From positions 1,590,001-1,622,000 of the forward strand of contig NC_013967.1 in the NCBI RefSeq assembly GCF_000025685.1: a DNA stretch of 32,000 bases, read 5' to 3'. The translations under genes were made by a program, and so were the position numbers. Positions 13,075 to 21,933 of this stretch are shown piece by piece. The notes under the pieces were generated by a model. The model ran no database searches. It was not told where the DNA came from and saw only the letters and a program-made list of their open reading frames with translations. How positions within the stretch are numbered: position 1 is the stretch's first letter; each line of letters starts with the position of its first letter. The stretch is from Haloferax volcanii DS2 (GTDB lineage Archaea > Halobacteriota > Halobacteria > Halobacteriales > Haloferacaceae).

Positions 13075-13196
13075 TTAAGGCGGCCAGAGCGGTGAGGTTC
13101 CACCCGTACCCATCCCGAACACGGAAGTTAAGCTCACCTGCGTTCTGGTCAGTACTGGAGTGAGCGATCCTCTGGGAAATCCAGTTCGCCGCCCCT
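13075..13196 (+). rRNA. rrf: 5S rRNA
   Basis: TTAAGGCGGCC...CCCGTACCCATCCCGAACACGGAAGTTAAGC...GTACTGGAGTG...TCTGGGAAA...TTCGCCGCCCCT, 122 nt. The termini are complementary. Confidence 0.93.
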
Positions 13197-13382
13197 ATTC
13201 ATACTTCACAGAGCCCACTGGACGCGGTGTCCAGTGGGCTTTGTTCATTTTATGCAGAGCGGCACGCACGGCCGCTCGCACACGCATACACAGAGCGACT
13301 GCGTCGGGCAGAGTCTCGAAAACGCCCGACTCAGGTCGCACACCGTCAGGCTTAAGCACAAGACCGGGATACCAGTAACTGC

Positions 13383-13459
13383 GCCAAGGTGGCAGAGTTC
13401 GGCCCAACGCATCCGCCTGCAGAGCGGAACCCCCGCCGGTTCAAATCCGGCCCTTGGCT
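13383..13459 (+). tRNA. tRNA-Cys (anticodon GCA), distal gene of the rRNA operon
   Basis: GCCAAGG...TCCGC CTGCAGA GCGGA...GCCGG TTCAAAT CCGGC CCTTGGC T. The 16S-Ala-23S-5S-Cys order is the classic haloarchaeal arrangement. The D-arm pairing is imperfect by eye. Confidence 0.85.
13449..13459 (+). repeat. Putative attL: last 11 nt of tRNA-Cys (GGCCCTTGGCT)
   Basis: The exact 11-mer recurs at 28737-28747. Confidence 0.55.
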
Positions 13460-13636
13460 CTCACACGTTTCTCTAAAGCCCAAGACGACTACGTCTTGGC
13501 TCGTTTCCTCGCTGATCTCAACTTCTCGGAGTTCAGACAGTGGGATCACGCTGGCGACCAACTCGTTTTGAAACAGAGTTCTTGGAATATTCCGCATACA
13601 CAAAGATTTATTCCGCTAGACGACCGTATTTCAGGT

Positions 13637-14212
13637 ATGGACGACCCGCGTACCGAACTCAAAGCAGATACCGACGAGCGTCGGGACCCGCCGGAGTTCG
13701 ACGATCTCGTCCCTCCCGAAGAACTAGTCGCTGGGGATCGCACTCGGGACGACTTCTTCGATGCCGTGCTCGGACTGGGCAGTCCCGCGACTGTGGGTGA
13801 GATCGCAGATCTCGCGGGACATGGGGTAGACGCTGCCCGTGAATATTTAGAGTGGTTCGAACGCATGGGTATCGTCACGCAGATCACCGATTCTCCTGCG
13901 ACGTACGAACGGAATCAGGAGTACCTGAATTGGCGGCGTGTCCAGCAGCTCCGGAACCAGTACGACGACGAGGAACTCCTCGCCTTCCTTGAAGACGCAG
14001 TGGAGCGTGATGAGTCGTTTGCGGAGAAGTTCGGTGTCGAATCTCCGGATGCGGTAGCGATCGCTGCGCACGCAACTGACACGGATCGTTCTGTCGAGAC
14101 AGTGTGGCGGGAGGTGTCAGCGTGGAAGACGACGCGCCGCCGAATCTCCCTCCTCGAACGGGCATTGCAGACTGACACGGACGGCACTGCCGGGCAGCGC
14201 ACTGTCGCATGA
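13637..14212 (+). CDS. winged-HTH DNA-binding protein (191 aa from the ATG at 13637); antitoxin-like partner
   Basis: SPATVGEIADLAGHGVDAAREYLEWFERMGIV is a TrmB/ArsR-like wHTH. The stop overlaps the next start (ATGA at 14209-14212). The track ORF's extension back to 13454 would overlap tRNA-Cys. Confidence 0.65.
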   Translation: MDDPRTELKADTDERRDPPEFDDLVPPEELVAGDRTRDDFFDAVLGLGSPATVGEIADLAGHGVDAAREYLEWFERMGIVTQITDSPATYERNQEYLNWRRVQQLRNQYDDEELLAFLEDAVERDESFAEKFGVESPDAVAIAAHATDTDRSVETVWREVSAWKTTRRRISLLERALQTDTDGTAGQRTVA

Positions 14213-14640
14213 GCGGCGGAAGGGACGGTGTCAGCGGTGCGCCGATCGACTTCGCCCGTCTGAACGTCGTCGCGGAGCGATTTGCTACCGACGATCGCTC
14301 CACTGAGATCGACATCCAACCAGAATTCGCACCCGATCGCATCGTCTGTCACTACGATTCCGGGTTCTATCCCCAGCGCGTGCAGAGTGCTCGCCTTGAG
14401 ATCGCGTGGCTCGAGAACGGGGACTTCTCGATACACTACCACGAAGAGCACCATGAGGGCGAGTTCGACCATCGATGGGATCGGCATCCCTCAGATCACA
14501 ACACGCGTGACCACGTTCACCCGGGTCCGGACGCACCGACACCCGGCGACGACGCGTCACATCCGGCGGAGTGGCGTGACGTGCTGTCGATGGTTCTCGG
14601 CGAGGTCGAAGCTCGACAACGAGCCTTCTGGACGGAGTGA
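14209..14640 (+). CDS. His-rich small protein, possibly TumE/DUF6516-like toxin (143 aa)
   Basis: The motif IHYHEEHHEGEFDHRWDRHPSDHNTRDHVHPGPD recalls the DUF6516 'hYH...RaDn.pH....PHH.H' pattern. That recall is low-certainty. It is translationally coupled to the wHTH gene. Confidence 0.6.
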   Translation: MSGGRDGVSGAPIDFARLNVVAERFATDDRSTEIDIQPEFAPDRIVCHYDSGFYPQRVQSARLEIAWLENGDFSIHYHEEHHEGEFDHRWDRHPSDHNTRDHVHPGPDAPTPGDDASHPAEWRDVLSMVLGEVEARQRAFWTE

Positions 14641-14647
14641 GTTCGTC

Positions 14648-15157
14648 TCAGATTTTCTCACGTCGTCGTCGCAGACTGTGACGGATCAGCAGGAGAAAGG
14701 TGCACAGTTCGGCCCGTCGCCGAGATTCGACAAAACGAAACACAACGTTGTAATGTCGAGTCCACGTTGAGAGGGTGCCGACCATCTGGTTCGGATGGAT
14801 GTCCCGCCACGCCATACAGCCCCGGTTCTGAAGGAGGGTTTCCCAGGATGTCTCCACGACGACCGCAAGGGGTTGTGGCCACTCGGTGGCCCGACGTAAC
14901 TCGGAACAGAATCGATCTCGCTCCCACGTGAGTGCGGTGAGGAAGTCGTCTCCGGACTTGCGTTCGACTGCGAACCGTGGGTGATAGGTGTCCGATTCCG
15001 GATCGTGCGTACAAGCAGTCGGGACAGCGTAGTCCCCGGTCGAGAGCGTCACGTCGCGCGTCTCTACTGCACACCTCTCGAACGTCCAGGTTCGCTGTTC
15101 GCGGGTATCTCGCAGTATCGTTGAGGGAATAGAACTACCGTGTCGTGTCTCGCCCAT
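14648..15157 (-). CDS. ERCC4 (XPF/Mus81-type) nuclease-domain-only protein (169 aa)
   Basis: The ERCC4 signature GDx(n)ERKx3D is present: VTLSTGDYAV...FAVERKSGDDFLTAL. No HhH or helicase region is attached. Confidence 0.75.
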   Translation of the reverse strand: MGETRHGSSIPSTILRDTREQRTWTFERCAVETRDVTLSTGDYAVPTACTHDPESDTYHPRFAVERKSGDDFLTALTWERDRFCSELRRATEWPQPLAVVVETSWETLLQNRGCMAWRDIHPNQMVGTLSTWTRHYNVVFRFVESRRRAELCTFLLLIRHSLRRRREKI

Positions 15158-15224
15158 CTATTGCGTTTGGTGCCGGTATCGGAAATAAACCCTCGCAGCG
15201 AGAGAACAAGGGGGATAACGGAGA

Positions 15225-17207
15225 TCAGAATCCGGCCTTCTCCAGTTCGTCGAGAAACGCCGGTCGGTTCGAGTGTTTGTCTTTCAGGAAATCGACGAAC
15301 TCTTCCAACCGCGCTTCGGGGACCAACCCCTGCATCTCTTCTAAGTGGTCGGCGATATCTCGGTAGTGTCGTCGACCGGTGTCGCCGGCGGCAAACGGGA
15401 CGAGCAGTTCCCGGTAGAGTTCGAAGTATTCGACCGGCGCCGTGGTTGCGACCGGGTCACGGTACTGGCGAACCGACGAGAGGTCTGCGTTCTCTTTCAG
15501 TTCGGCAAACGCTCTTTCGAGGTCGTCGTCGTGGACGTACAGCGCGACGAGGTCCTTTCGATCGTCCCGTTCGAAGTGCCGTTCGAATTCCCCGTAGATC
15601 GATTGCCACTCCTGATCGTCACAGATTGTCTTCAGGTCGTCGTACGCTGCCCACTCCGTGTGGTCAAGAAATAACTGCTTCAGGGTGGCACGGTACTCGT
15701 CCATATCTCGGTCCTCGTAGAGGTCGGCAGCGAGCCAACGGAGCTCACGAGCCGATCGGAACGTATGGATCCCGTCTTCGACGACTTCGATCGCACGGTT
15801 TTCGTTGCCTTCGTCGATCAGTCGTCGGGCGTACTCCTTGCAGAATCGCTTGCTCTCGAGGTAGATTTCCTCGTAGAGTTGCGAGAGGGCGTCTTCGTCG
15901 CCGAGTTCCTCGAGAATGTAGACGTAGGTCGAGAATATCCGCCGCTTCTGGAGTGACGACGATATGTCCGTGTCGGTCGTTCCTGATTTGGTCAGTTCGA
16001 CACGTGCAGTGTGTTTCTCGACGGTCGTCGGTTCATCGACGCGTAACTCCTCGAACGCGTCACCGACGAAGTACTCGAATTGCAGTGTCCCAACAGCCAA
16101 GTGTTCGACGTCGAGCGCTCCACCGGTGAAATCGTCGGTGCTGAGCGGACCATCGGTGAAATCGGATGCGTAGAGAACGTCGTCCGTCCGTTCGGGATGG
16201 TCTGTGGAACCGTCATCTCTCGCTGATCCGTCGGATGTATCGGCGCTGTCTTCAGTTTCATCTCGTCGGTCGTCCGTTTTCGAGGACAACTCACCCGACA
16301 GTACTGCGTCGAGTGTGACTCCGGACACGTGTGCGTCGAGTTGCTCCAGCCAGTATTCGAGGTCCGCGTCCTCCGTGCAGACCGTTCGGAGTGCGCCGTC
16401 GTAGTCGTCGCTGGCGAAGCCGTGGTCTGCCCCGACGAACTCCGCACAGAGATACTGGATGTACAGCTCCTTTCGCTCGTGCTCGAACTCCTGTTCTGCG
16501 ACCGTCTCTGCATATGCCTCGATAGCGCGTTCCAGTTCACGGCCGTAGTGCCCGCTGCTGTCGTCGACTCGGTCCAGATTCTCGCGTATCCCCTCGGAAA
16601 CCGCTCGATAGATATCCGTCGCCGTATCGACGTGGCCCCGTTCTCGATGTGTCTCCGCGAGGTCGGTGTACTGCGAGAAGTCGATGTGTGTGCCGTGTTC
16701 GACCATCCCTCGACGACTGACAGCGTCGTCGAACAGTCGATCGATCTCCTGCTTGTAGTCGTAGACTGTCTTGCCCGTGTCTTCGCCGACGAACGCGACG
16801 AACCGGTCACGGATATCCTGATCCGCCGCAACGATGTCGAGCAGAAACGCTCGGAGGTCCTCGGCTGTCGTCTGATCGACCAGCGATTCGATGTCGACCG
16901 TTTCATTTCGTTCGGGGTCAGTGTCACTCATCGTCTCGGGGTCTCGATCATCGACAGCGAGCAGGACCGCGACGACGTGTTTGCAGTCGCCCGCGTAGTC
17001 GTACGGACAACTGCAACGAGACCGGACCCCATCGTCTACGATATCGATAGCCACGTCGTAGTAGTTGGATCCCCGAACGGTGGCTCTGATTTCGCTGCCG
17101 TCGATATCCAGTTCTTGTATCCGATCTTGGTGATAATAGTTGGCACCACGCTCGAACGACTGTTCCGTACAGAGTGACCGTATTTCGTCGCGAGCCGGGT
17201 AGTCCAT
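15225..17207 (-). CDS. SWIM zinc-finger protein, long form, with an acidic linker and a helical-repeat C-terminal half (660 aa)
   Basis: SWIM CxCx(n)CxH is present: RSRCSCPYDYAGDCKHVVAVLL. The N-terminal ~260 aa are paralogous to the ORF at 23635-24432. The C-terminal half is alpha-helical and repeat-like, in the style of COG4715. Confidence 0.8.
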   Translation of the reverse strand: MDYPARDEIRSLCTEQSFERGANYYHQDRIQELDIDGSEIRATVRGSNYYDVAIDIVDDGVRSRCSCPYDYAGDCKHVVAVLLAVDDRDPETMSDTDPERNETVDIESLVDQTTAEDLRAFLLDIVAADQDIRDRFVAFVGEDTGKTVYDYKQEIDRLFDDAVSRRGMVEHGTHIDFSQYTDLAETHRERGHVDTATDIYRAVSEGIRENLDRVDDSSGHYGRELERAIEAYAETVAEQEFEHERKELYIQYLCAEFVGADHGFASDDYDGALRTVCTEDADLEYWLEQLDAHVSGVTLDAVLSGELSSKTDDRRDETEDSADTSDGSARDDGSTDHPERTDDVLYASDFTDGPLSTDDFTGGALDVEHLAVGTLQFEYFVGDAFEELRVDEPTTVEKHTARVELTKSGTTDTDISSSLQKRRIFSTYVYILEELGDEDALSQLYEEIYLESKRFCKEYARRLIDEGNENRAIEVVEDGIHTFRSARELRWLAADLYEDRDMDEYRATLKQLFLDHTEWAAYDDLKTICDDQEWQSIYGEFERHFERDDRKDLVALYVHDDDLERAFAELKENADLSSVRQYRDPVATTAPVEYFELYRELLVPFAAGDTGRRHYRDIADHLEEMQGLVPEARLEEFVDFLKDKHSNRPAFLDELEKAGF

Positions 17208-17340
17208 GTTTTGTGTGTGTGCCTACTGTGGTACCGACTGAAAACGTGACGCTGTGCCGTCACTGGGTGCTTGGTCGTTATGTCTCTCGGCCAGCGCCCG
17301 ACAGATTGAATCGTCCGACGGTCGTGCGTTCACGTACCGA

Positions 17341-18753
17341 ATGCGGATCGAGTTCGACGAGGGGACGCTCTTGCTCCACGATGCGCCCGAGACAGTTCCA
17401 CACGCAGAGTGGGACGACCGCGTCGATACTCACCGGGCACAGGCCTATCGATACCGGGCACTCCTCAAGTGGGCCGGACAGTGGAGCGATGGCGGTGGCC
17501 AGGCCACCCTCGACAGCGGATTCAGTCACGCTGTCGAAGACGCTGCCAGAGCGTACCCGGACCTCGCTCTGACACCCGCACTCCAGATCGAACCGCGTGA
17601 CTATCAGCAGACTGCACTCGGCTCGTGGGGTGCGCACGACCGACAGGGCACAGTAGTCCTTCCGACCGGCAGCGGGAAGACGTTCCTCGGATTGCAGGCT
17701 ATCGCCGACGCCGGTGTCAGCGCACTCGTCGTCACCCCGACGATCGATCTGATGAACCAGTGGCACGCCACGCTCACTCACGCGTTCGGTGAGCAACTCA
17801 CCGACGAGGTCGGCGTCCTCGGTGGCGGGTGTCACGATATCGGCGCGCCCACAGTCACTACCTACGACAGCGCCTACCGCTATATCGACGAGTACGGCGA
17901 TCGGTTCGGCCTGCTCATCACCGACGAAACCCACCATTTGGCGGCCGAGACGTACCTCCAAATTCCCGAGATGACGCTCGCGCCTTACCGCCTCGGATTG
18001 ACAGCGACCTACGAACGCGCTGACGGGCGAGAGACGCTACTCGAAGACCGTATGGGACCGGTTGTCTACGAGGAAGATGTCGACGCCCTCGCCGGAGATT
18101 TCCTCAGTGAGTACGAGACCATCCAGATGTCCGTCGATCTCACACCAGCGGAACGGACTGAATACGACGAGGAGTACCAGATCTACCGGGACTACGTCGA
18201 TAGTCACGACTTCGACCTCTGGAAAGAACAGGGCTACGCGGAGTTTCTCAAGCGGACGTCCTACGATCCACAGGGGCGACGTGCGCTCGTCGCAAAGCAA
18301 CGGGCCGAGCGCATCGCCCGGACGGCGTCGAAGAAACTCGATACGCTCGACAATCTGCTCAAACGTCACCACGACGATCGCGTCATCGTCTTCACCGCCA
18401 ACAACGACTTCGCCTACGACATCTCCCGGGAGTTCATTCTCCCGTGTATCACGCACCAGACCGACACCGACGAACGCACCGAGATTCTCGACCGGTTCCG
18501 CAGCGGTGAGTACTCCATGCTCGCCACCTCGCAGGTCCTCGACGAGGGCATCGACGTGCCAGCGGCCAACGTCGGCATCATCCTCTCCGGGAGCGCATCG
18601 AAACGACAGTACGCCCAACGACTCGGCCGGATCCTCCGTCCGACAGACGACCGCCAGCCAGCACGGCTCTACGAGATCATCACGACCGACACGATGGAGA
18701 CGTACGTCTCGCAGCGACGACGCGAGGGGGTGAGTAGCAGTGCTGACAGCTGA
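17341..18753 (+). CDS. xpb: archaeal XPB helicase, short canonical form (470 aa from the ATG at 17341)
   Basis: The N-terminus MRIEFDEGTLLL is DRD-like. Also seen: Walker A PTGSGKT, motif II LITDETHH, LTATYERADGRE at the RED-motif position, and motif VI-like QRLGRILR. The gene overlaps the downstream Bax1-like gene. Confidence 0.85.
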   Translation: MRIEFDEGTLLLHDAPETVPHAEWDDRVDTHRAQAYRYRALLKWAGQWSDGGGQATLDSGFSHAVEDAARAYPDLALTPALQIEPRDYQQTALGSWGAHDRQGTVVLPTGSGKTFLGLQAIADAGVSALVVTPTIDLMNQWHATLTHAFGEQLTDEVGVLGGGCHDIGAPTVTTYDSAYRYIDEYGDRFGLLITDETHHLAAETYLQIPEMTLAPYRLGLTATYERADGRETLLEDRMGPVVYEEDVDALAGDFLSEYETIQMSVDLTPAERTEYDEEYQIYRDYVDSHDFDLWKEQGYAEFLKRTSYDPQGRRALVAKQRAERIARTASKKLDTLDNLLKRHHDDRVIVFTANNDFAYDISREFILPCITHQTDTDERTEILDRFRSGEYSMLATSQVLDEGIDVPAANVGIILSGSASKRQYAQRLGRILRPTDDRQPARLYEIITTDTMETYVSQRRREGVSSSADS

Positions 18754-20092
18754 TCTCGCACGGTCGCGAACACGCGACGGCGCAGTCCGTCCTCTGTTCA
18801 TCGACATCTCCGACGAGCAGTACCGAGAGACGGCGGCCACGCTGATAGCGCTGTTCGAGGACCATCTCGGTGAACCGAAGGGAGAACTGGACGACGCCAT
18901 CGACGAACTGACCGTGGCCGATACCGACTACAAGATCGTCCAGGGGCTGGCGAAACTCCTCAGAGACGAGTGCGAGTTCGAGCAACAGGCGGCCGTTGAC
19001 CCACGCGAGATCCGCAAGCGACTGTTCGAGCGAGCCAACGATCGCTACCCGATCGTTCGCCAGCCCACACTCGGCGAAGACACGCAGAAACTGGAAGTCT
19101 ACAGCGCGGTCGCCGACGAGTTGGGCATCTCACTCGAGGAGTGTTACCGGGGTATGTACGCTGATCTGGAGGACAACAAACGGCTCGTCCGGTTCGGCGA
19201 CCAGTCGGTGCGCGATGACAGCGACGGACAGGAGTCCACGACGACAACGACGAAACTGACGGGAAATAGCAAGCAGGCGTACGATCAGCGCGACCAGACG
19301 GTCGACTGGCTGCTGGCTCGCTACAACCTCGCGCTGGCACAGGCCGTGCTCTACGACGCCTCGAAGATGCACTTTCGGGTGTGGGAGCACTTCGGAACGG
19401 TGTTCAGTTACATGAAGCTGTTCGGATTGATGCACCGGATCTACCCCATCGACGAGGACGGCAACCGCGTCGCAAGCACGGACGTGGCAGCGGGCTACGA
19501 GGCGGAACTCGACGGGCCAGTCTCGCTGTTTCGGCAATCACAAAAGTACGGCATCCGGATGGCGAACTTCCTGCCCGCGCTCCCGCTGTGTGACCGCTGG
19601 GAGATGCGCGCGGAGATTCTCGACGAGGGGTCGGCCGGCGACACCAAACAGTTCACACTCGACTACACTGATGGGCTCGTCTCCCACTACAGCACCGGCC
19701 AGCGGTTCGACAGCGACGTCGAGCGAACGCTCGCCCGAAAGTGGGAGCGGTCGACCACAGAGTGGGACCTCCAGCGCGAAGACGATGTGTTCGATCTCGG
19801 CTCCGAAGTGATGATCCCCGATTTCGCCATCGAACATCCCGACGGACGGCGGGCAATCATGGAGATCGTCGGGTTCTGGACGCCGGAGTACCTGGCGTCG
19901 AAACTGGCGAAGATACGGCAGGTCGAGACCCACAACTTCGTGTTGGCGGTCTCGGAACGACTGGACTGTTCCGACGAGGACTTCGGGGACGTTGCGGATC
20001 GCGTACTGTGGTTCAAAACCGGGATGCACGTCTACGACGTGGTCGAACTGGCCGAGGAGTACGCCTCTCCGGTCGAAACAGACCCCGACTGA
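18740..20092 (+). CDS. bax1: Bax1 (DUF790) nuclease, partner of XPB (450 aa, GTG start)
   Basis: The N-terminus LTADLARSRTRDGAVRPLF is typical of DUF790. The C-terminal PD-(D/E)xK-like core is MIPDFAIEH...MEIVGFWTPEYL. There is a 14-nt overlap with xpb. Confidence 0.75.
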   Translation: MLTADLARSRTRDGAVRPLFIDISDEQYRETAATLIALFEDHLGEPKGELDDAIDELTVADTDYKIVQGLAKLLRDECEFEQQAAVDPREIRKRLFERANDRYPIVRQPTLGEDTQKLEVYSAVADELGISLEECYRGMYADLEDNKRLVRFGDQSVRDDSDGQESTTTTTKLTGNSKQAYDQRDQTVDWLLARYNLALAQAVLYDASKMHFRVWEHFGTVFSYMKLFGLMHRIYPIDEDGNRVASTDVAAGYEAELDGPVSLFRQSQKYGIRMANFLPALPLCDRWEMRAEILDEGSAGDTKQFTLDYTDGLVSHYSTGQRFDSDVERTLARKWERSTTEWDLQREDDVFDLGSEVMIPDFAIEHPDGRRAIMEIVGFWTPEYLASKLAKIRQVETHNFVLAVSERLDCSDEDFGDVADRVLWFKTGMHVYDVVELAEEYASPVETDPD

Positions 20093-20099
20093 TCGGCAC

Positions 20100-20468
20100 T
20101 CAGCCCAAGCGGCCGCCGTCGCCGTTCCAGTAGTGCCAGTCATCGACTGCCTCCCGGGTATCCTGATCTACGTCGAGCACTTCGAGTTGTGACAACGGGA
20201 CACCGAATTCCCTGTCCTTCCACTCCACGAGGACGAACATCTCACGACTGCTGACGACTTCGTCCGTCATTCCGACGACAGGCACTTCTTCGCCCTCACG
20301 CAGCGGCGAGATCGTTCGCTCCTCGATACACCGCGCCTGAAACGGGAACGTCATCTCGCGTTCGAGGTGATAGCACCAGCTGATCGCTTGCTCGTCGGCG
20401 GTGTACGCGTCGGTGAGTATCTCCCTCCGAATGCGTTTGTCCCGCTCTTCGTCTGTCTCCCGTGTCAT
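20100..20468 (-). CDS. small acidic hypothetical protein (122 aa), last gene of the minus-strand cluster
   Basis: ATGA start/stop overlap with the upstream gene at 20465-20468. The C-terminal motif is VPLSQLEVLDVDQDTREAVDDWHYW. No family is assigned with confidence. Confidence 0.6.
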   Translation of the reverse strand: MTRETDEERDKRIRREILTDAYTADEQAISWCYHLEREMTFPFQARCIEERTISPLREGEEVPVVGMTDEVVSSREMFVLVEWKDREFGVPLSQLEVLDVDQDTREAVDDWHYWNGDGGRLG

Positions 20469-21235
20469 GGTCGTTTCTGCTTGACGATTGCGGCCGTGTC
20501 GGTCGACGTGATCACGTCGCCGTCGAGCACCTCGTCGATTTCGTCTGGTTCGTAGACATCCTTGACGATGCAGTAGTAATGCGAGGGCGTCCCGAAGTCG
20601 TAGACGAGACTGAGTCTGTCACCCTCTCGAAGTCTGGCCCGCTCGGCGACATCCGCAATCGTCATCTCGCCCGCTTTCGTGTACGTCCGGTCGCCTGCTT
20701 CCTCGTACTGGCGGTCAGGAAGCACGTTGAGACTGGAATCCAGATACTCGTCTTCGAGGCCGTACATCCGGAGGTGGAAATCGTCGAGCGTCGAGAACCG
20801 GCACACGAGTCTGTCCAGTTCCGCCATCGTCGTCTCCGGTCTCACGACGATATCGTACCACTCCTCCCGCGCACGCCCTTTCTGCTTCCACCGGAGCCGA
20901 TACCCGACAGTCCCGATCTGCTCGGACAGGTCGTCAGCATCCTGCTCTTTCCCCACTGCTTCACGCGTGTTCGACCAGCAATACGAGCAGATCTCGTCAG
21001 GTGCATCGCCTTCGAAGCCCGCCTTGTTGATGTCGTGGTGGGCGGCAAACTCCGACAACGAGACGTGCTGCGGACGCGGGTGGCGGTTCCCTCGACTACA
21101 CATCATCTCCCCGGGACCTCCAATGCCGAGCGAGAAGCGAGAGTCCGTCTCCGATTGGTCGGCGTCCGTATCGATGATGTGCGCGACGGTTCCGGTTCCG
21201 ATCTCGATCACGAATCGGTCGGTTGGCTCGCTCAT
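20465..21235 (-). CDS. MM3350-like / pRiA4b ORF-3-like (PF07929-type) protein with a Cys-containing N-terminal extension (256 aa)
   Basis: YRLRWKQ...EWYDIVVRPETTMAELDRLVCRFSTLDDFHLRMY and LSLVYDFGTPSHYYCIV match the two hallmark blocks of the family (Y.l.V.L..iWR.i.v....L..LH..I...fgW...HLh.F and Y.YDFGD.W.H.i). Confidence 0.65.
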   Translation of the reverse strand: MSEPTDRFVIEIGTGTVAHIIDTDADQSETDSRFSLGIGGPGEMMCSRGNRHPRPQHVSLSEFAAHHDINKAGFEGDAPDEICSYCWSNTREAVGKEQDADDLSEQIGTVGYRLRWKQKGRAREEWYDIVVRPETTMAELDRLVCRFSTLDDFHLRMYGLEDEYLDSSLNVLPDRQYEEAGDRTYTKAGEMTIADVAERARLREGDRLSLVYDFGTPSHYYCIVKDVYEPDEIDEVLDGDVITSTDTAAIVKQKRP

Positions 21236-21241
21236 CGTTGC

Positions 21242-21874
21242 TCACCGGTACTGGATGTAGATGCCATGGTCGCGATACAGGTCGTGGAACGCGACGAACC
21301 GCTGTCGGGAGGCCGCTTTCGGTTCGTCTGGCTCTACTCGATGCTCGTGTTCTTCGAGAAGGTGGGTTTTCTCCTCGCCGGGGAACGGAAACGAGACGCC
21401 CGAGGTTGTAGTAAACTCGTCGTACCGAACGGGTCTGAAAAACAGCACTGTCCCCGGCTCCGCGGTTCGGCTGAGGTTGATATCCAGCAGCGTGTGTTCT
21501 TCGCGGCCGTCGAGCAGATCGGTTACCGTCAGACGGGGGTCTGAGTCGCTGATGGACTCGACCTCGAACAGCGAGGGGTCGGCGTCGACGGTGGCTTCGA
21601 GAATGTCCCGTTCGGTTTCGCTCTCCCAGCGCTCCGCTTCGAGGTATCGCTCCGCCGCAGTGGTCCCGTCCCGGTGGTATTCGTACAGCGCGAACTCGAA
21701 GTGGGCCGCCATCTGGGATTCGAACTCGTAGGCCAGGTTCAGCCCGTCGAATTCGATGTCCAGCTCGGACGCGGTTTCTACGATCAGTTCCCGGTCAGAG
21801 TACGCCTCGAGGATGTCGCTGTTCAATTGCGTCCCGACTTCCCGATAGGTCTTGTACTGGTCGGTGTCGGTCAC
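21242..21874 (-). CDS. hypothetical acidic protein (210 aa)
   Basis: Clean ORF, co-directional, only 6 nt from the next gene. No motif recognised. Confidence 0.6.
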   Translation of the reverse strand: MTDTDQYKTYREVGTQLNSDILEAYSDRELIVETASELDIEFDGLNLAYEFESQMAAHFEFALYEYHRDGTTAAERYLEAERWESETERDILEATVDADPSLFEVESISDSDPRLTVTDLLDGREEHTLLDINLSRTAEPGTVLFFRPVRYDEFTTTSGVSFPFPGEEKTHLLEEHEHRVEPDEPKAASRQRFVAFHDLYRDHGIYIQYR

Positions 21875-21933
21875 TACGAGAGTGTATCATCTGGGCGGTA
21901 CCAGTATCTTGTGGCGCCGGACGTACAGTGGGA

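Noticed and set aside
20462-21544. 360-aa plus-strand ORF, and similar antisense ORFs through 15140-16129, 18037-18900, 22912-23457 and 23818-24576
   Set aside because: They are antisense shadows of motif-bearing minus- or plus-strand genes, with Arg/Val-rich non-halophilic composition.
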